Shown here piece by piece: positions 9,177 to 19,839 of a stretch of DNA of 64,000 bases (its first letter is position 1; each line of letters starts with the position of its first letter). A program made the position numbers and the translations under genes. A model generated the notes under the pieces. The model saw only the letters and a program-made list of their open reading frames with translations. It ran no database searches and was not told the origin of the DNA. Source of the stretch: Candidatus Latescibacterota bacterium (GTDB taxonomy: Bacteria > Latescibacterota > UBA2968 > SICM01); contig CBDCJO010000002.1 of NCBI GenBank assembly GCA_965217865.1, positions 1,536,001 through 1,600,000 on the forward strand. The letters are read 5' to 3'.

Positions 9177-11039
9177 TCATCCAATCCCGGAAGGGCGCCC
9201 GCTCCGAAGCGGGTTCTTTACCGAGAACGGTGTGGATGAGACGCCCTTGACATCCATCCACGTCCGGTAGGGATTGCCCGCTGCTCCGGCACTGCCGAAG
9301 TCACACATCCGGACCTTCCGACCGTCATTGGCGGTATACTCCCACATCATCCACGGGGGCAGCCAGCCCTTTTTCCGGCTTACGCGGCCTTTCATCCGTC
9401 GGGCGTCCAGGGCCGGAAGTTCCTCCGGATCCATTTCGTTGAATCGCGGATCGAAGGCGAGCAGGATCGGCCCCCTGAAAATCGAGCACTTACCTTCGAA
9501 ATCCGCTTCACCCTTCCAGAAGTGAAGGGACATGTCCAGCCGCAGGCTCACAAGGTCCCCCCGCACCCACCTGCGGTCGATCTCCAGATATCGACCCGGA
9601 TCGGGTTTTGCATAGGATTTCCCGTTCAGAGAAACTTTCGTCCTGGCAGACCAGTGGGGAATTCGCAACTTCAGGCGGAAGCGCTCGCCTCTCCTGGGCG
9701 ACACGTGAACAAGAATCCTCCCGCTCCCGGGGTAGTCCGTCATCTGTTCCAACAGCACCCGATTCCCCGAACTGAGAGATGCCGTTGCCCGTCCAGGGCC
9801 GTAGTAGTTCAGAATCAGACCTTCTCCGTCTGACATGACCGCCCAGTCACCGATCGTTCCCAGGGCGCGCGGGCCATTGACCGAGCAGCAGTTCAGCTCC
9901 GGCTGTCCCGCACGCGCCTGGAACACGATGTCGTGGGCGCTCGCCTTGCGGCACCCCTCCATCGGCGTGTTGTACGTTACCCACCGGCCCGAAGGGGACA
10001 TCATGCCGATTCCGGAGTTCAGGGTGCTCAGCTCAAGCTCGTCCGCCACAACAGAGTTCCCGGTCATCCTCAACATGTCCACCGACAGGGCCATCCACGC
10101 GATCGTACAGCAGCTCTCGATGGCCCCCTGGTGATACGGGTCCCCCTGGGCCTTTTCGCCCGAACTGAAGCCGCCCGTGTTGTGCCTGTCCGTCCTGAGG
10201 ATGCTCCACCAGATTTGCTCAAAGGCCCGCCGGTAACGCTCATCACCTGTAATAAAGTAGAGCTCGGCTATACCCTGTATGGGATGCAGGCTTTCCCATC
10301 GCGGCTTTGGAGTCTGGTAGAAGTCGACGCCCTTCAGGGCGGTGCGAATATAATCCCCCGCGAGTGGGCTCTCGAAGTCCTTTTCGATTTCGCGCGCCAT
10401 CTTCAGATAGCGAGGCTCCCCGACCTGTTCATAGAGCAGGCAGAGAGAGTGAATGGGGGCAAGGTTCATCTCCTCGCTGCCGATCTCCACCAGTCTCCTC
10501 CCGGTTTTCAGGAAAGTGGAGCAGATCAAATCCCCTATTCGCTTGACGCACAAAAGCGCCTTTCGGTCGCGCGTCAACCGGTGCCAGAGCAGCAACCCCA
10601 GCATAATATGATAATGGCCCCACGCGTCCCATGTCGGATGGAGCTCACCATCGGCCTTGCCGGTATTCGGAGCTCTGCCCGTCAGACGGCAGTCCTTTGG
10701 CCAGGGGCCGAGGTACCCGTCCCCATCCTGCAGGGATACCAGCTCATTTACAAACCATCGTAGATGATCCTCGAGCGCTGAATCGCCTGTCAGCCGACAG
10801 ATCTGCACAGCGTGAGTCAGGTATTTGCCCGCAAATTCACCCGCCCAGGGAACCATGTTCCTCGGGGGCTTGCGATTTCTGTCGCGAAACATCTCCAGCA
10901 TTGCAGGATTTGAACCGGGGACGACCAGCAGCCACTGTTGTGTCAACGCCTTCAGGCGTTCCCGGACTAGACCCCCAAGCTCGTACTTGACGACCGGAGC
11001 CGGTTCGAGCGCGGGCTCGGCCTTTCTATCCACCGTCAT
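9177..11039 (-). CDS. GH127/GH146-type beta-L-arabinofuranosidase-like protein
   Basis: WAGEFAGKYL, TGGFSSGE, ESCCTIAW, NCCSVNG, TDYP..LRIPHW, RGPILLA. Confidence 0.85.
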   Translation of the reverse strand: MTVDRKAEPALEPAPVVKYELGGLVRERLKALTQQWLLVVPGSNPAMLEMFRDRNRKPPRNMVPWAGEFAGKYLTHAVQICRLTGDSALEDHLRWFVNELVSLQDGDGYLGPWPKDCRLTGRAPNTGKADGELHPTWDAWGHYHIMLGLLLWHRLTRDRKALLCVKRIGDLICSTFLKTGRRLVEIGSEEMNLAPIHSLCLLYEQVGEPRYLKMAREIEKDFESPLAGDYIRTALKGVDFYQTPKPRWESLHPIQGIAELYFITGDERYRRAFEQIWWSILRTDRHNTGGFSSGEKAQGDPYHQGAIESCCTIAWMALSVDMLRMTGNSVVADELELSTLNSGIGMMSPSGRWVTYNTPMEGCRKASAHDIVFQARAGQPELNCCSVNGPRALGTIGDWAVMSDGEGLILNYYGPGRATASLSSGNRVLLEQMTDYPGSGRILVHVSPRRGERFRLKLRIPHWSARTKVSLNGKSYAKPDPGRYLEIDRRWVRGDLVSLRLDMSLHFWKGEADFEGKCSIFRGPILLAFDPRFNEMDPEELPALDARRMKGRVSRKKGWLPPWMMWEYTANDGRKVRMCDFGSAGAAGNPYRTWMDVKGVSSTPFSVKNPLRSGRPSGIG

Positions 11040-11070
11040 AGCATTACCTTAAGCCATATGGGTCACCGAA

Positions 11071-14043
11071 TCAAAGTGCTCTGCCCAGGTACAGGCAACG
11101 ACAGTCATCGCCCGCGGGATAGACCACCTCCATCCCTCCGGGGACAGACGTGGTCTGGACCTTTATCGGACTGCTCTCCGAATCCAGGCCTTGCCATCCC
11201 GGCGTTTCCGCACCAGATGCTCCAATTCGATTCAGCAACTCGCTGCTGAGGAAAATCCTCAGTGGTTCCGTAAGCGATTTCCGGTCCGCTTCAACGGCTT
11301 GAAGATAAGCGGCTCCGCCCCCGCTTCGCCACAAGCCCAGGGCGGCCGGGCGCTCCAGCCGGATATAGTCGCTTCCCTCCCACTGCACCAGGTCCGTTTC
11401 TCCCAGCAGGTTGCCGAACGAATCGGCAAGGACCGCATTTCCACGGGTCACTCGTGCACTGAATCCGTCTTTCTCCATGACGAGATCCTCTTTGGAGAGA
11501 TTGGCAAAGTGCACGCTGAGCGCCTCGTCGCTTCTCAGGGTCAGGGTCAGGGTCGTCGGGGGAGGGGATTGAGGGCGGACCGCATCCAGGGGAAACTCCG
11601 TCCTGCCGTTCCTGTAGTGGTCCGGGAACGCCCGCTTGACCCCGGCGGCAAAGTAGGTTGCCACCTGATGCCTGATGCCGGTGAAAGGCGCGAGGGAGAA
11701 TCTGGGGAAGGCCAGGCCCAGTACGTGGCCAAAAACATTGTCTCTTTTTTTATCGGCGCTGAGCTGGCTCGACAGGACATAGTTGAAATAGATCCGGCTG
11801 CCCGGGAAATCATAGGCGTGCTGGCCCAGGATCATGCGTTTGATATCTTCGAACTGGTTGTCCTTCCTGCCAGGGTTGACGCCATCGAAGTTGTGGCCCT
11901 GCGCGAAGGTGTGCTGCAGGAGGTTGCCGACCTCCGTGCCCACATACATCTCCGGATATCCGGCCTTCCGGGCGACGTCCCGCATTCGCTCCCCCCTTTG
12001 GTGCGCGAGCCGGAGGTGCTGGGAGAGGCCGTGCCCGTGTTCCCTCCCGAAGCATGATCCCGGACCCCCGCACAACTCGTCGTAGTAAACGCCGAAGGGA
12101 CCCCAAGCGAGCAGCTTCTGGAGACACGCGTCCAGCATCTGGTTGTGCGGCTCACAGACGGGGCAAAGTTCATCCGCGCGGTGCATCCCCGTGTACCATC
12201 GGGGCCGGGGTTTTCGGTCCTGGTTCTGGGCCAGGACATCGGGAATCAGGTGATTGGCGTTTCGGGAATAGTCGTAGTTTCGAATCCCGTATGCAGCCAC
12301 ATAGACCGTCAGCGCGACATCGTATCGCCGCATCAGTTCACCGAGCCTGCGAGCCAGGGCCTCCTCCTCTATCCGCACCGGGGAACCGTTCTTCACCTCA
12401 AAGAAGATATTGGGCTTGTTGTAGGCTTGCATGCGGGGGATGTAGGAGGTGGGAAGCAGACCCATCCTCACCTGCAGGGGATAGTGCTCCGGATCAAAAA
12501 CGTGTTCGCCCCGCTTCTCGGGTCGGTCACTCACAAGCGACAGGCGTTCGTAGGATTCCCCTCCCTTTTCCCTGTAAAGAAAGAACGCCTCTACCCGGCC
12601 CTCATCCGGAGGGATTTCCCTCGTTACGCGGAACCGTACCTCGAATATCGGATAATGATCCTCCAGACCCCCCAGGTCCGCCTGAAGGGAATCTGCGGAA
12701 ACCCCTAGGGTCACGCGGATTTCCCCGTCGGACTGATCCACCTGGACGGATTCCAGGGGCACCTCCGGGGCGGGCGCGGACAACCGTTTGAAGGGAACGA
12801 GGGCCACTCCCTCGAACCGAAAGGCGCGGCTCGTCACGCTTGCCTCGAAACCCAGGTCGTGAGGCGCATCCCCCGGACGTACCGAACAGCTGATCGTGAA
12901 CCGGTCGCCTGTCCGGTGAAGCAGGGGGACATTCAATTGTACGGATCCGGCCGGCGTTTCCACAGAGTGGAAGTACTGGTTCTTGTTGGTGACGATCGCA
13001 CTGAAACCCGGCCGTTCGTGGACCAGAATCGGATGGATCTGGTTGTCCAGGGGATCCCGTCGAAGGGCGGCGTAGTGCGCTTCCAGATCGGTCAGGTTCC
13101 CGTCCCAACCCTTTGCGTAGGCCTCGACCAGGTTCGGTCCGTAGAGATTCTCCGTGGCGAACCAGGGCTCCAGCTCTTCGGCGGGCTGTGTGTATTCGTT
13201 GAGTCGGGGCGCGTAGCGTTCCCGCCAGATGCGTGCAGAGGTGACGAGGGGATCGTCTTCTTCCTCGAGGAAATAGTAATCCTGCCAGGGCGTTTCGTAT
13301 GTCGCTCCACGATCGGTGGGTTCAAACCAGCCCAGGACGGCGACCTGTGCGGGGCCCATCTGATCCGTGTCGGGATTGATGTTGCGCTCGATGTAGTCCA
13401 CGGGATCCTCAGCCGCCATCACGGCCCGCCGCTCATCGGGCCAGGAAAGGACCGTGTACTCGGCCATCCCCATCGTGTGAACGCTGCTGGGCCTGTAGTT
13501 CTCTTCCGTTCCGGGCCCGTCTGCGTCGAACATGCAGGGCGTGACCCAGGCACGGTAATCCCCTCTCCCGGCAGTTCCGCAGTGCCAACCCATGTGGGTG
13601 CTGAGTTCGTAGCTCCGGCCCTCTTCGAGGTCGCCCCACCGGGTAAGGGCCAGAAGACGGACGAATTCCGGTGCCGTGAATTCCACTGATTCGATTCCGA
13701 GCAGGACCCGCCGTGACACCATCAGACACGAGCCCACCTCCGGGACCTCCGCCTCTTCCCACTTCACCTCCTGGGTCAGGGACAGGCCTTGACAGCGCCC
13801 GGTAAGCCTGATCAGCCTATCGGCTTCGCTCACCGTCGGCTCTTCGGCCTCGAAGTCCTCCTCGAAAAGATCGTTTTGCTTCCGCTTCTCCCCGCGGCCG
13901 GTCATCACCTGAACCCGAACGGGAAGCCCACCCTCGCCTCTGTCCTTTCGAAAGTAACGGTGCGCCGCTCCCGGTTTTTCGAGATTCAGATGAAGCCCGT
14001 CCGCTTGCAATTCGAAACCGCATGGGAGATCGATGGTCAGCAT
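11071..14043 (-). CDS. Large hypothetical protein with a putative glycoside hydrolase TIM barrel (DUF6259-like)
   Basis: Start reassigned to MLTIDLP (GAGGA SD) because the upstream extension is repeat DNA; GVYYDEL..C..HGH..GTE motif. Confidence 0.6.
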   Translation of the reverse strand: MLTIDLPCGFELQADGLHLNLEKPGAAHRYFRKDRGEGGLPVRVQVMTGRGEKRKQNDLFEEDFEAEEPTVSEADRLIRLTGRCQGLSLTQEVKWEEAEVPEVGSCLMVSRRVLLGIESVEFTAPEFVRLLALTRWGDLEEGRSYELSTHMGWHCGTAGRGDYRAWVTPCMFDADGPGTEENYRPSSVHTMGMAEYTVLSWPDERRAVMAAEDPVDYIERNINPDTDQMGPAQVAVLGWFEPTDRGATYETPWQDYYFLEEEDDPLVTSARIWRERYAPRLNEYTQPAEELEPWFATENLYGPNLVEAYAKGWDGNLTDLEAHYAALRRDPLDNQIHPILVHERPGFSAIVTNKNQYFHSVETPAGSVQLNVPLLHRTGDRFTISCSVRPGDAPHDLGFEASVTSRAFRFEGVALVPFKRLSAPAPEVPLESVQVDQSDGEIRVTLGVSADSLQADLGGLEDHYPIFEVRFRVTREIPPDEGRVEAFFLYREKGGESYERLSLVSDRPEKRGEHVFDPEHYPLQVRMGLLPTSYIPRMQAYNKPNIFFEVKNGSPVRIEEEALARRLGELMRRYDVALTVYVAAYGIRNYDYSRNANHLIPDVLAQNQDRKPRPRWYTGMHRADELCPVCEPHNQMLDACLQKLLAWGPFGVYYDELCGGPGSCFGREHGHGLSQHLRLAHQRGERMRDVARKAGYPEMYVGTEVGNLLQHTFAQGHNFDGVNPGRKDNQFEDIKRMILGQHAYDFPGSRIYFNYVLSSQLSADKKRDNVFGHVLGLAFPRFSLAPFTGIRHQVATYFAAGVKRAFPDHYRNGRTEFPLDAVRPQSPPPTTLTLTLRSDEALSVHFANLSKEDLVMEKDGFSARVTRGNAVLADSFGNLLGETDLVQWEGSDYIRLERPAALGLWRSGGGAAYLQAVEADRKSLTEPLRIFLSSELLNRIGASGAETPGWQGLDSESSPIKVQTTSVPGGMEVVYPAGDDCRCLYLGRAL

Positions 14044-14118
14044 GATCAAATCCTCATGGAAGTGAAAAATGCAAAATGAAAAATGGAAAGTGCAAAATGA
14101 GACGGTCACAAGACCCGC

Positions 14119-14886
14119 TTAACCAGCCGTCCTTCGGACTCTTCGCAGCAGGTGCTTCTCCCGCGGTGACAGTGTGCTGTAGAACGACTCTTTCAGCGTT
14201 GGGGTATCTTCGTTGGCCTCAAGGGGTTGCTCGTCACCTTCGGTGAAGTACCAGTGGCGGTTGTGCACGATAACCGCAAAGGGGCGGGGCGCATCCGTAT
14301 GGTTGGGGGTGCCGCGGTGGACAGCACGCGCGTCGGAGATCAAGACGTCTCCGGCCTCGAGCAGCAACGGCTCGAAAGGGAGCCGCCCCGACTCGGCTTT
14401 CTCCAGGGTATCCGCCCGGGGCAAGTGCTGGGAGCGCTCGGCCACCTCGAAGGGGCCGTTCTCCATCGTCATATCGCCAAACGTGAATCGCACAGACAAC
14501 GTTGTCGGTGGGTGATGATGGTCCGGGTCCTCGGGGAATATCAGGGGGATGTCGGCGTGAACCTTCTGATACTGCGAGCCCTTAATCGGTGTGTCCGTGC
14601 CGTAGTAGCAGACGTGCATGTCCTCTCCGAGGATGCGGCCGGTGACCTGTATCACGGTGTCGTCGTTGAAGAAAGCAGAGCGATAGAAAGGGGGTGCGAA
14701 CGGAAGACCGATGGCCCAGCGCTTCGGGCCGCGGTTGCCTTCGGGGATGCGGGCGGAGACCTTCTCCAGCAACGGCAGAAATGCCTTTCGGCATTCCTCA
14801 ATTTCTCGCAGCGGGAAGTGGCCCCGCAGGATGCAGTGTCCGACGTCCAGGATTTCCTCCACGCATTTGTCAACATCGATTTTCAT
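14119..14886 (-). CDS. PhyH-family dioxygenase, tandem copy 1
   Basis: HAD, ENGPFEV, AGDVLI..AVHRG..R. Confidence 0.85.
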   Translation of the reverse strand: MKIDVDKCVEEILDVGHCILRGHFPLREIEECRKAFLPLLEKVSARIPEGNRGPKRWAIGLPFAPPFYRSAFFNDDTVIQVTGRILGEDMHVCYYGTDTPIKGSQYQKVHADIPLIFPEDPDHHHPPTTLSVRFTFGDMTMENGPFEVAERSQHLPRADTLEKAESGRLPFEPLLLEAGDVLISDARAVHRGTPNHTDAPRPFAVIVHNRHWYFTEGDEQPLEANEDTPTLKESFYSTLSPREKHLLRRVRRTAG

Positions 14887-14921
14887 CGTGTTCCTCCGTC
14901 GGAAAGCCAGGGATCGGAAGG

Positions 14922-15032
14922 CCCGGGGATCGTGGTTCGTGACTCGTGGATCGGAAAACCCGGGGATCGTGGTTCGTGACTCGGGGATCGAAAAACCCGT
15001 GGATCGTGATTCGAGACTCGGAGATCGGAAAG
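14922..15032. repeat. 3 x 37-bp tandem repeat built from TCGTGRY heptamers
   Basis: Units start at 14922, 14959 and 14996 (consensus CCCGKGGATCGTGRTTCGWGACTCGKRGATCGRAAAR). Confidence 0.9.
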
Positions 15033-15126
15033 GCTATAGAGGTCGGAGGTCAAGAAAATGCAAGGTGAAAAGTGCAAAATGGAACAAAATGGAAAAGCAA
15101 AATGAACGTCGCTCCACAAGACCCGC

Positions 15127-15894
15127 TTAACCAGCCGTCCTTCGAACTCTTCGCAGCAGGTGCTTCTCCCGCGGGGAGAGTGTCTGGTAAAACGACTCTT
15201 TCAGCGTCGGAGTATCTTCGTTGGCCTCCAGGGGTTGCTCGTCTCCTTCGGTGAAGAACCAGTGGCGATTGTGCACAATAACCGCAAAGGGGCGGGGCGC
15301 ATCCGTGTGGTTTGGGGTCCCGCGGTGGACAGCACGCGCATCGGAGATGATGACGTCTCCGGCCTCGAGCAGCAACGGCGTGAACGGGATCCGCCCTGAT
15401 TCGGCTTTCTCCAGGGTATCCACCCGGGGCAAGTGCTGGGAGCGCTCGGCCACCTCGAAGGGGCCGTTCTCCATCGTCATATCGCCAAACGTGAATCGGA
15501 CGGACAACGTTGTCGGTGGGTGATGGTGGTCCGGGTCCTCGGGGAATAACAAAGGAATGTCTGCGTGAACCTTCTGATACTGCGAGCCCTTAATCGGTGT
15601 GTCCGAGCCGTAGTAGCAGATATGCATGTCCTCTCCCAGGATGCGGCCGGTGATCTGAATCACGGTGTCGTCGTTGAAGAAAGCAGAGCGATAGAAAGGG
15701 GGTGCGAACGGAAGACCGATGGCCCAGCGCTTCGGGCCGCGGTTGCCTTCGGGGATGCGGGCGGAGACCTCCTCCAGCAAGGGCAGAAATGCCTGGCGGC
15801 ATTCATCAATTTCCGCCCGGGGGAAGTGGCCCCGCAGGATGCAGTGTCCGATGTCCAGGATTTCCTCCACGCATTTTTCGATATCGATTTTCAT
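15127..15894 (-). CDS. PhyH-family dioxygenase, tandem copy 2
   Basis: 255 aa, near-identical to 14119..14886. Confidence 0.85.
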   Translation of the reverse strand: MKIDIEKCVEEILDIGHCILRGHFPRAEIDECRQAFLPLLEEVSARIPEGNRGPKRWAIGLPFAPPFYRSAFFNDDTVIQITGRILGEDMHICYYGSDTPIKGSQYQKVHADIPLLFPEDPDHHHPPTTLSVRFTFGDMTMENGPFEVAERSQHLPRVDTLEKAESGRIPFTPLLLEAGDVIISDARAVHRGTPNHTDAPRPFAVIVHNRHWFFTEGDEQPLEANEDTPTLKESFYQTLSPREKHLLRRVRRTAG

Positions 15895-15969
15895 CGCGTT
15901 CCTCCGTCGGAAAAGCCGTCGATCGTGGATCGTGATTCGGGGATCGGAAAGGCCGTGGATCTGAAAGCA

Positions 15970-16056
15970 GAATACAGAAGTCAGGAGTTAGAATTCAGAA
16001 TGAAAGGCAAATGGTTTTGATCTTCTTCTGAATCCTGACTCCTATATTCTGTATTC
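15970..16056. repeat. Inverted heptamer-array element (31-bp arms, 25-bp core)
   Basis: GAATACAGAAGTCAGGAGTTAGAATTCAGAA ... TTCTGAATCCTGACTCCTATATTCTGTATTC, 26/31 match. Confidence 0.8.
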
Positions 16057-16249
16057 CGAGTGAAAGGGCGGATGGGTGGTCTGTCGAATCACGAACAAGG
16101 TACTGGAATATCCCTTAAACCAAAAGAAAAAATCCCTGTTTAAGGGATAATTGGCAGAGGTCAGGGGTCGGGGGAGGAAAATGCAAAGTGAAAATTGCAA
16201 AATGCAAAATGCAAATTGAACGGCAGACGGTGACAATGGACCACAGATG

Positions 16250-18210
16250 CTACGGCCAAGCCCTCCCCGCCAGCATGGCGATAATCGATCCCGCACTGGA
16301 GATCACGGCCTGGCCAAAAATCAACCCGAAAAAAAAGGGACGGGACCGTCCATAAAGGGACGGCCCACCGTACTTCAACACATTCCGCTTGATCAGCCAA
16401 GCAATGAAGACATTAAACCAGTACGACAGGTAGATCGTGCCGATGGGGTATCCGACCGGGTGAATGGGCCACCAGAAGAACCGCTTCCTGGCAAGGATCA
16501 GCAATCCCATCGACAATATCCCTATGCTCGTCCAGATGAGGCGAACCGGCTTTCCCTCGGACGGGTCCGTGATGGCGCCTCCGTAATAGCTGAGATGGGA
16601 GAACACTGTCTTGGTAACAAAACCGCTGTTGGCAAACCCATAGCCCCCAAGGGAGTAGGCATAATGGAGAAACGAGGCGGCAGCCGTTACACCGCCCACC
16701 AGAAGGGCGAGGAAACAGGCGTAGAAAAAAGGCCGGCTTCCCACCCCCTTTTGATAGGTCAGCTTCAATGCCGTGGAAGCGCTTGCCATGGCGTGCGGCC
16801 CATTGGGAAGCCCATAGTGGGCGCCGTCGGGAAAGGCCCAAGATTGCGCGAGGAAGAATCCCGCTTTCGTGGAATTGCCCAGCGCCTGTGTGCCCACAAG
16901 GTGAAGAATCACCTGCATCGGGCTCATCGGGGCCTGCATCACGGCACCGGACTCGGCCAGGATTCGCGTCACGCCCAGAAAGATCGCAAGCATCAACACC
17001 AGAAAGGGGGGTATCACCCAGATCGAGATTCCCGTCATCCAGAGCCAGAAGCCGATGAATACGATGCACACGATCGACCCGATCACCGCAGTCCGGTAGG
17101 AGAGCATCTCGTCCCCGTCGTCCACGTCCGGGTCCAGCCCGAACGCCTTTCGGAACACATCCCTCAGATGATGACGGGCTTCGTAGAGCATGACCCCCAC
17201 CAGGACGGCCAGAGCCCCCAATGCCTCCTGATGCAGATTACCGTAGATGACGCGAGGTCGTTTGGGCGGCGTGACGAGACGAGGGACGCTGTAGAGCGTC
17301 AGCAGATACATCTGGACGTAAGTGAGGAGGGTGAAGAGGAGAATGCTGCCCAGGACCTCCAGAGATACCAGATAACTGATACCGATAGCGATAAAATTAG
17401 TGAAGCCGAACACCTGGATCGTGCGGGTATATGAGTAAAACCTGAGATTGATCGGGCGGATCGCGGGGATAAACAGGTGAACGATACTGGAAAGCCGCTC
17501 CACCCCGGAAAGGAAAAATCCCGTCCAGAAGGCCGTGTTGCGTAGAAGCGGACGCCCGCCCGTCTCGCCTTCCACCAGCGCAGGGGAACCTGCGCCATTG
17601 GAAACGGCAGCCGCTCCTCCTCGATCCACCGCTTTCGAAAGATCACCATGAGCGAAATCATGGTGAAGTAAAAGGCCCCTAAAAGCACCGCCCAGGCGAA
17701 GAACGGCCAGATCCAGGCCCCGTAGGGCGGCTTCCCATCGGGTCCCAGCCCTTCAAAGAACCCTTTCGCCACTGCGGGGTCCTTGATGCTCAGGCCTTCG
17801 GGGAGCAGAGGCAACACCTGGCTCCCCCAATCGTTCTCCGGCGTGGCGTAGTGCGCAAACCCGACCATGTTGGGGATCAGGTACATCAGCGTCCCGTTGA
17901 TCGGGATTGCCGAGACCATCAGCAGCATCGAGAACACGACCAGCAGCTCCTGCGCGCTCGGTCCCGATTGGACGGCCTTGATCCGCTTGAGCAGCCCGAC
18001 GCAGAGAATCAGCGCAAACAGCAGGAACAGCGCCCCGCTCCCATACCCATCCGCCGAAAGCCCGCCACCCAGCGCTTCCTGGCAGATGGACAGAAACGCA
18101 AGCAGAACGCTCAGGGCGGTGCCGATCAGCAAAGCCCTCGGCGTCACCCCCGACGACAAGATGGCCTTCTCGACCGGGGACGCAACAGCCTTACGCTCTG
18201 ACTCGATCAT
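16250..18210 (-). pseudogene. DUF6785/DUF6784-type multi-pass membrane protein (putative transporter) split by a 1-bp frameshift at about 17581
   Basis: Overlapping ORFs 17299..18210 (RKRWIEEERLPFP) and 16250..17629 (WPIHPVGY, YGG..RPFFFGLIFG); adding one base restores QVPLALVEG. Confidence 0.75.
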
Positions 18211-18306
18211 TCGGTTCCTATCCTTCCGCGCCCTGTTTCAACCGTCGCTTTTCCCCATTCCCCGTTTGCGCGGAATCCTGAGCAGGCGTCCCGGGTCTCA
18301 GGTCTC

Positions 18307-19679
18307 TCAATGAGATCTCCGAACCCGCACCCGTTGCAGGTACTGCTCTTCTTTGAGGTGAGTGTATTGCGTTATCCGGATCCTGTGGGCGAGCAACTCC
18401 TGCAGCAGGTCCAGAGTCACTTTTTCGTAACCCGCCACCCCCGCGAGGTTCTGCCCCTCTCGAGGGTCCACAGCCAGGTTGTAGAGATGCTGCACACCCC
18501 CCTGCTCGGGGTCGAAGACCAGCTTCCAGTTCCCGGTCCGAACCATCGCGCACGTCGCCAGCTCGGCGAACACCGCATCCCGGCCTGTTCCCGGCTCGCC
18601 CCGCACTATGGGGGGGAGATCCAACCCCGGCCGCCGGCGGTCAAATTCGGGTTCGACCCCTGCAAGCCTGAGAATCGTCGGATACAGGTCCAGGTGAGAC
18701 ACCAACGTTTTGCTCAGCCGGGGACCGATCGGCTTCTCCCTCCTCGGAATCCCGGGTCCGCAAAAAAAGAAGGGACCCCCACACTGCTTTCGTAGAAATA
18801 CCGCTTGTCCCAGATTTCATAGTCGCCCAGGCAATCGCCGTGATCCGATGTAAAGATGATCACGGTATTCTCGAAAAGGCCCCGCTCTTTGAGCGCGTTG
18901 ACCAGGCGTCCCACATAGCCGTCGATCAACGCACACTTGTCCATGTAGTGCGCCCGCTTCAGCCGGGCCGAGGGCTCGTCCGGGGCTCCCAGGGGCGGCG
19001 GCATGTCCTCCGGATCGTGCCCCAACTCGCCGGGGTGCCACAGGGGCGGGTGCGGTCCTATGAACGAGAGGTTGAGGTAGAAGGGCCGGTCCTCGCCGTA
19101 TTCTTCGACAAAACGGATCCCGTTCACTCCGATAAACCCATCCGCCGTATCATCCGGGTCGTCAAACGGATGGCGGACCCCCCCTTTCTTGAGCGCGGAC
19201 CGAAACGCTTCTAGCTTTCCCCTCCGTTTCAGGTCGTGCGTGTACTCGTCATCGTTGTGCCCATTCTCCCCGTCGTCGTGCACCTGGAACACGGTGTCGA
19301 ACCCGTAGCGTCTCAACTCTTCGTCGTTCTTCGTCACATCGACGCCCAGACCGTAGCTGTCGATATAGTGGTGCTTGCCGATCATCGCGGTATAATAGCC
19401 CGTTTCCTGTAAATGGCCCATAAACGTATCATCGCGCAGATCGGGGTGGATGGGGTCGGCCTGGTTCCCGCATACCCCGGTGGCCGAAGGATACATGCCC
19501 GTGATGATCGATATCCGGGATGGCCCGCAAAGCGGGGTCGCACAATACGCGTTCTCAAACCGGGTGCCCGTTCCAGCTAGGGCCATCAGGTTCGGTGTGC
19601 TCTTTCCCAGGGCATCCCGGCGGAAATGGTCTGTCATGATCAGGATGATATTGGGTCCCTTATGATCGGACATCGGCAT
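18307..19679 (-). pseudogene. Cys-type sulfatase split by a frameshift at about 18765
   Basis: PNIILIMTDH, CGPSR, FTSDHGD in the first ORF; VSHLDLYPT, LYNLAVDPRE in the second; adding one base in the GTCCCTTCTTTTTTT run restores the frame. Confidence 0.8.
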
Positions 19680-19839
19680 TCCTCAAGGGGTTGGGTACTA
19701 CGCGGATAGCGGCGCGTAACGGTCGTGGATCTCTGAACGACAGTGTCTTTCGGCCGGATTGCTCACGCCTCTTCGCTGCGACGGGCATTGGAGCGATTTT
19801 TTCCGGGTTCTGAGGTCACGTCTGGCGCAGTGGACCGTT

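Noticed and set aside
14044-14109. N-terminal extensions in the ORF track (also 24961..25107, 26056..26568, 59443..59559)
   Set aside because: They translate repeat arrays or overlap other genes; downstream starts fit better.
14922-15032. 37-bp repeats as a CRISPR array
   Set aside because: The units are contiguous with no unique spacers, and there are no cas genes in the window.
14119-15894. Duplicated PhyH pair as a diversity-generating retroelement template/variable pair
   Set aside because: No reverse transcriptase in the window; differences are spread along the gene and not adenine-specific.
17560-17600. Programmed ribosomal frameshifting at the split genes
   Set aside because: No slippery heptamer here, and these gene families are not known to use it; sequencing error is simpler.
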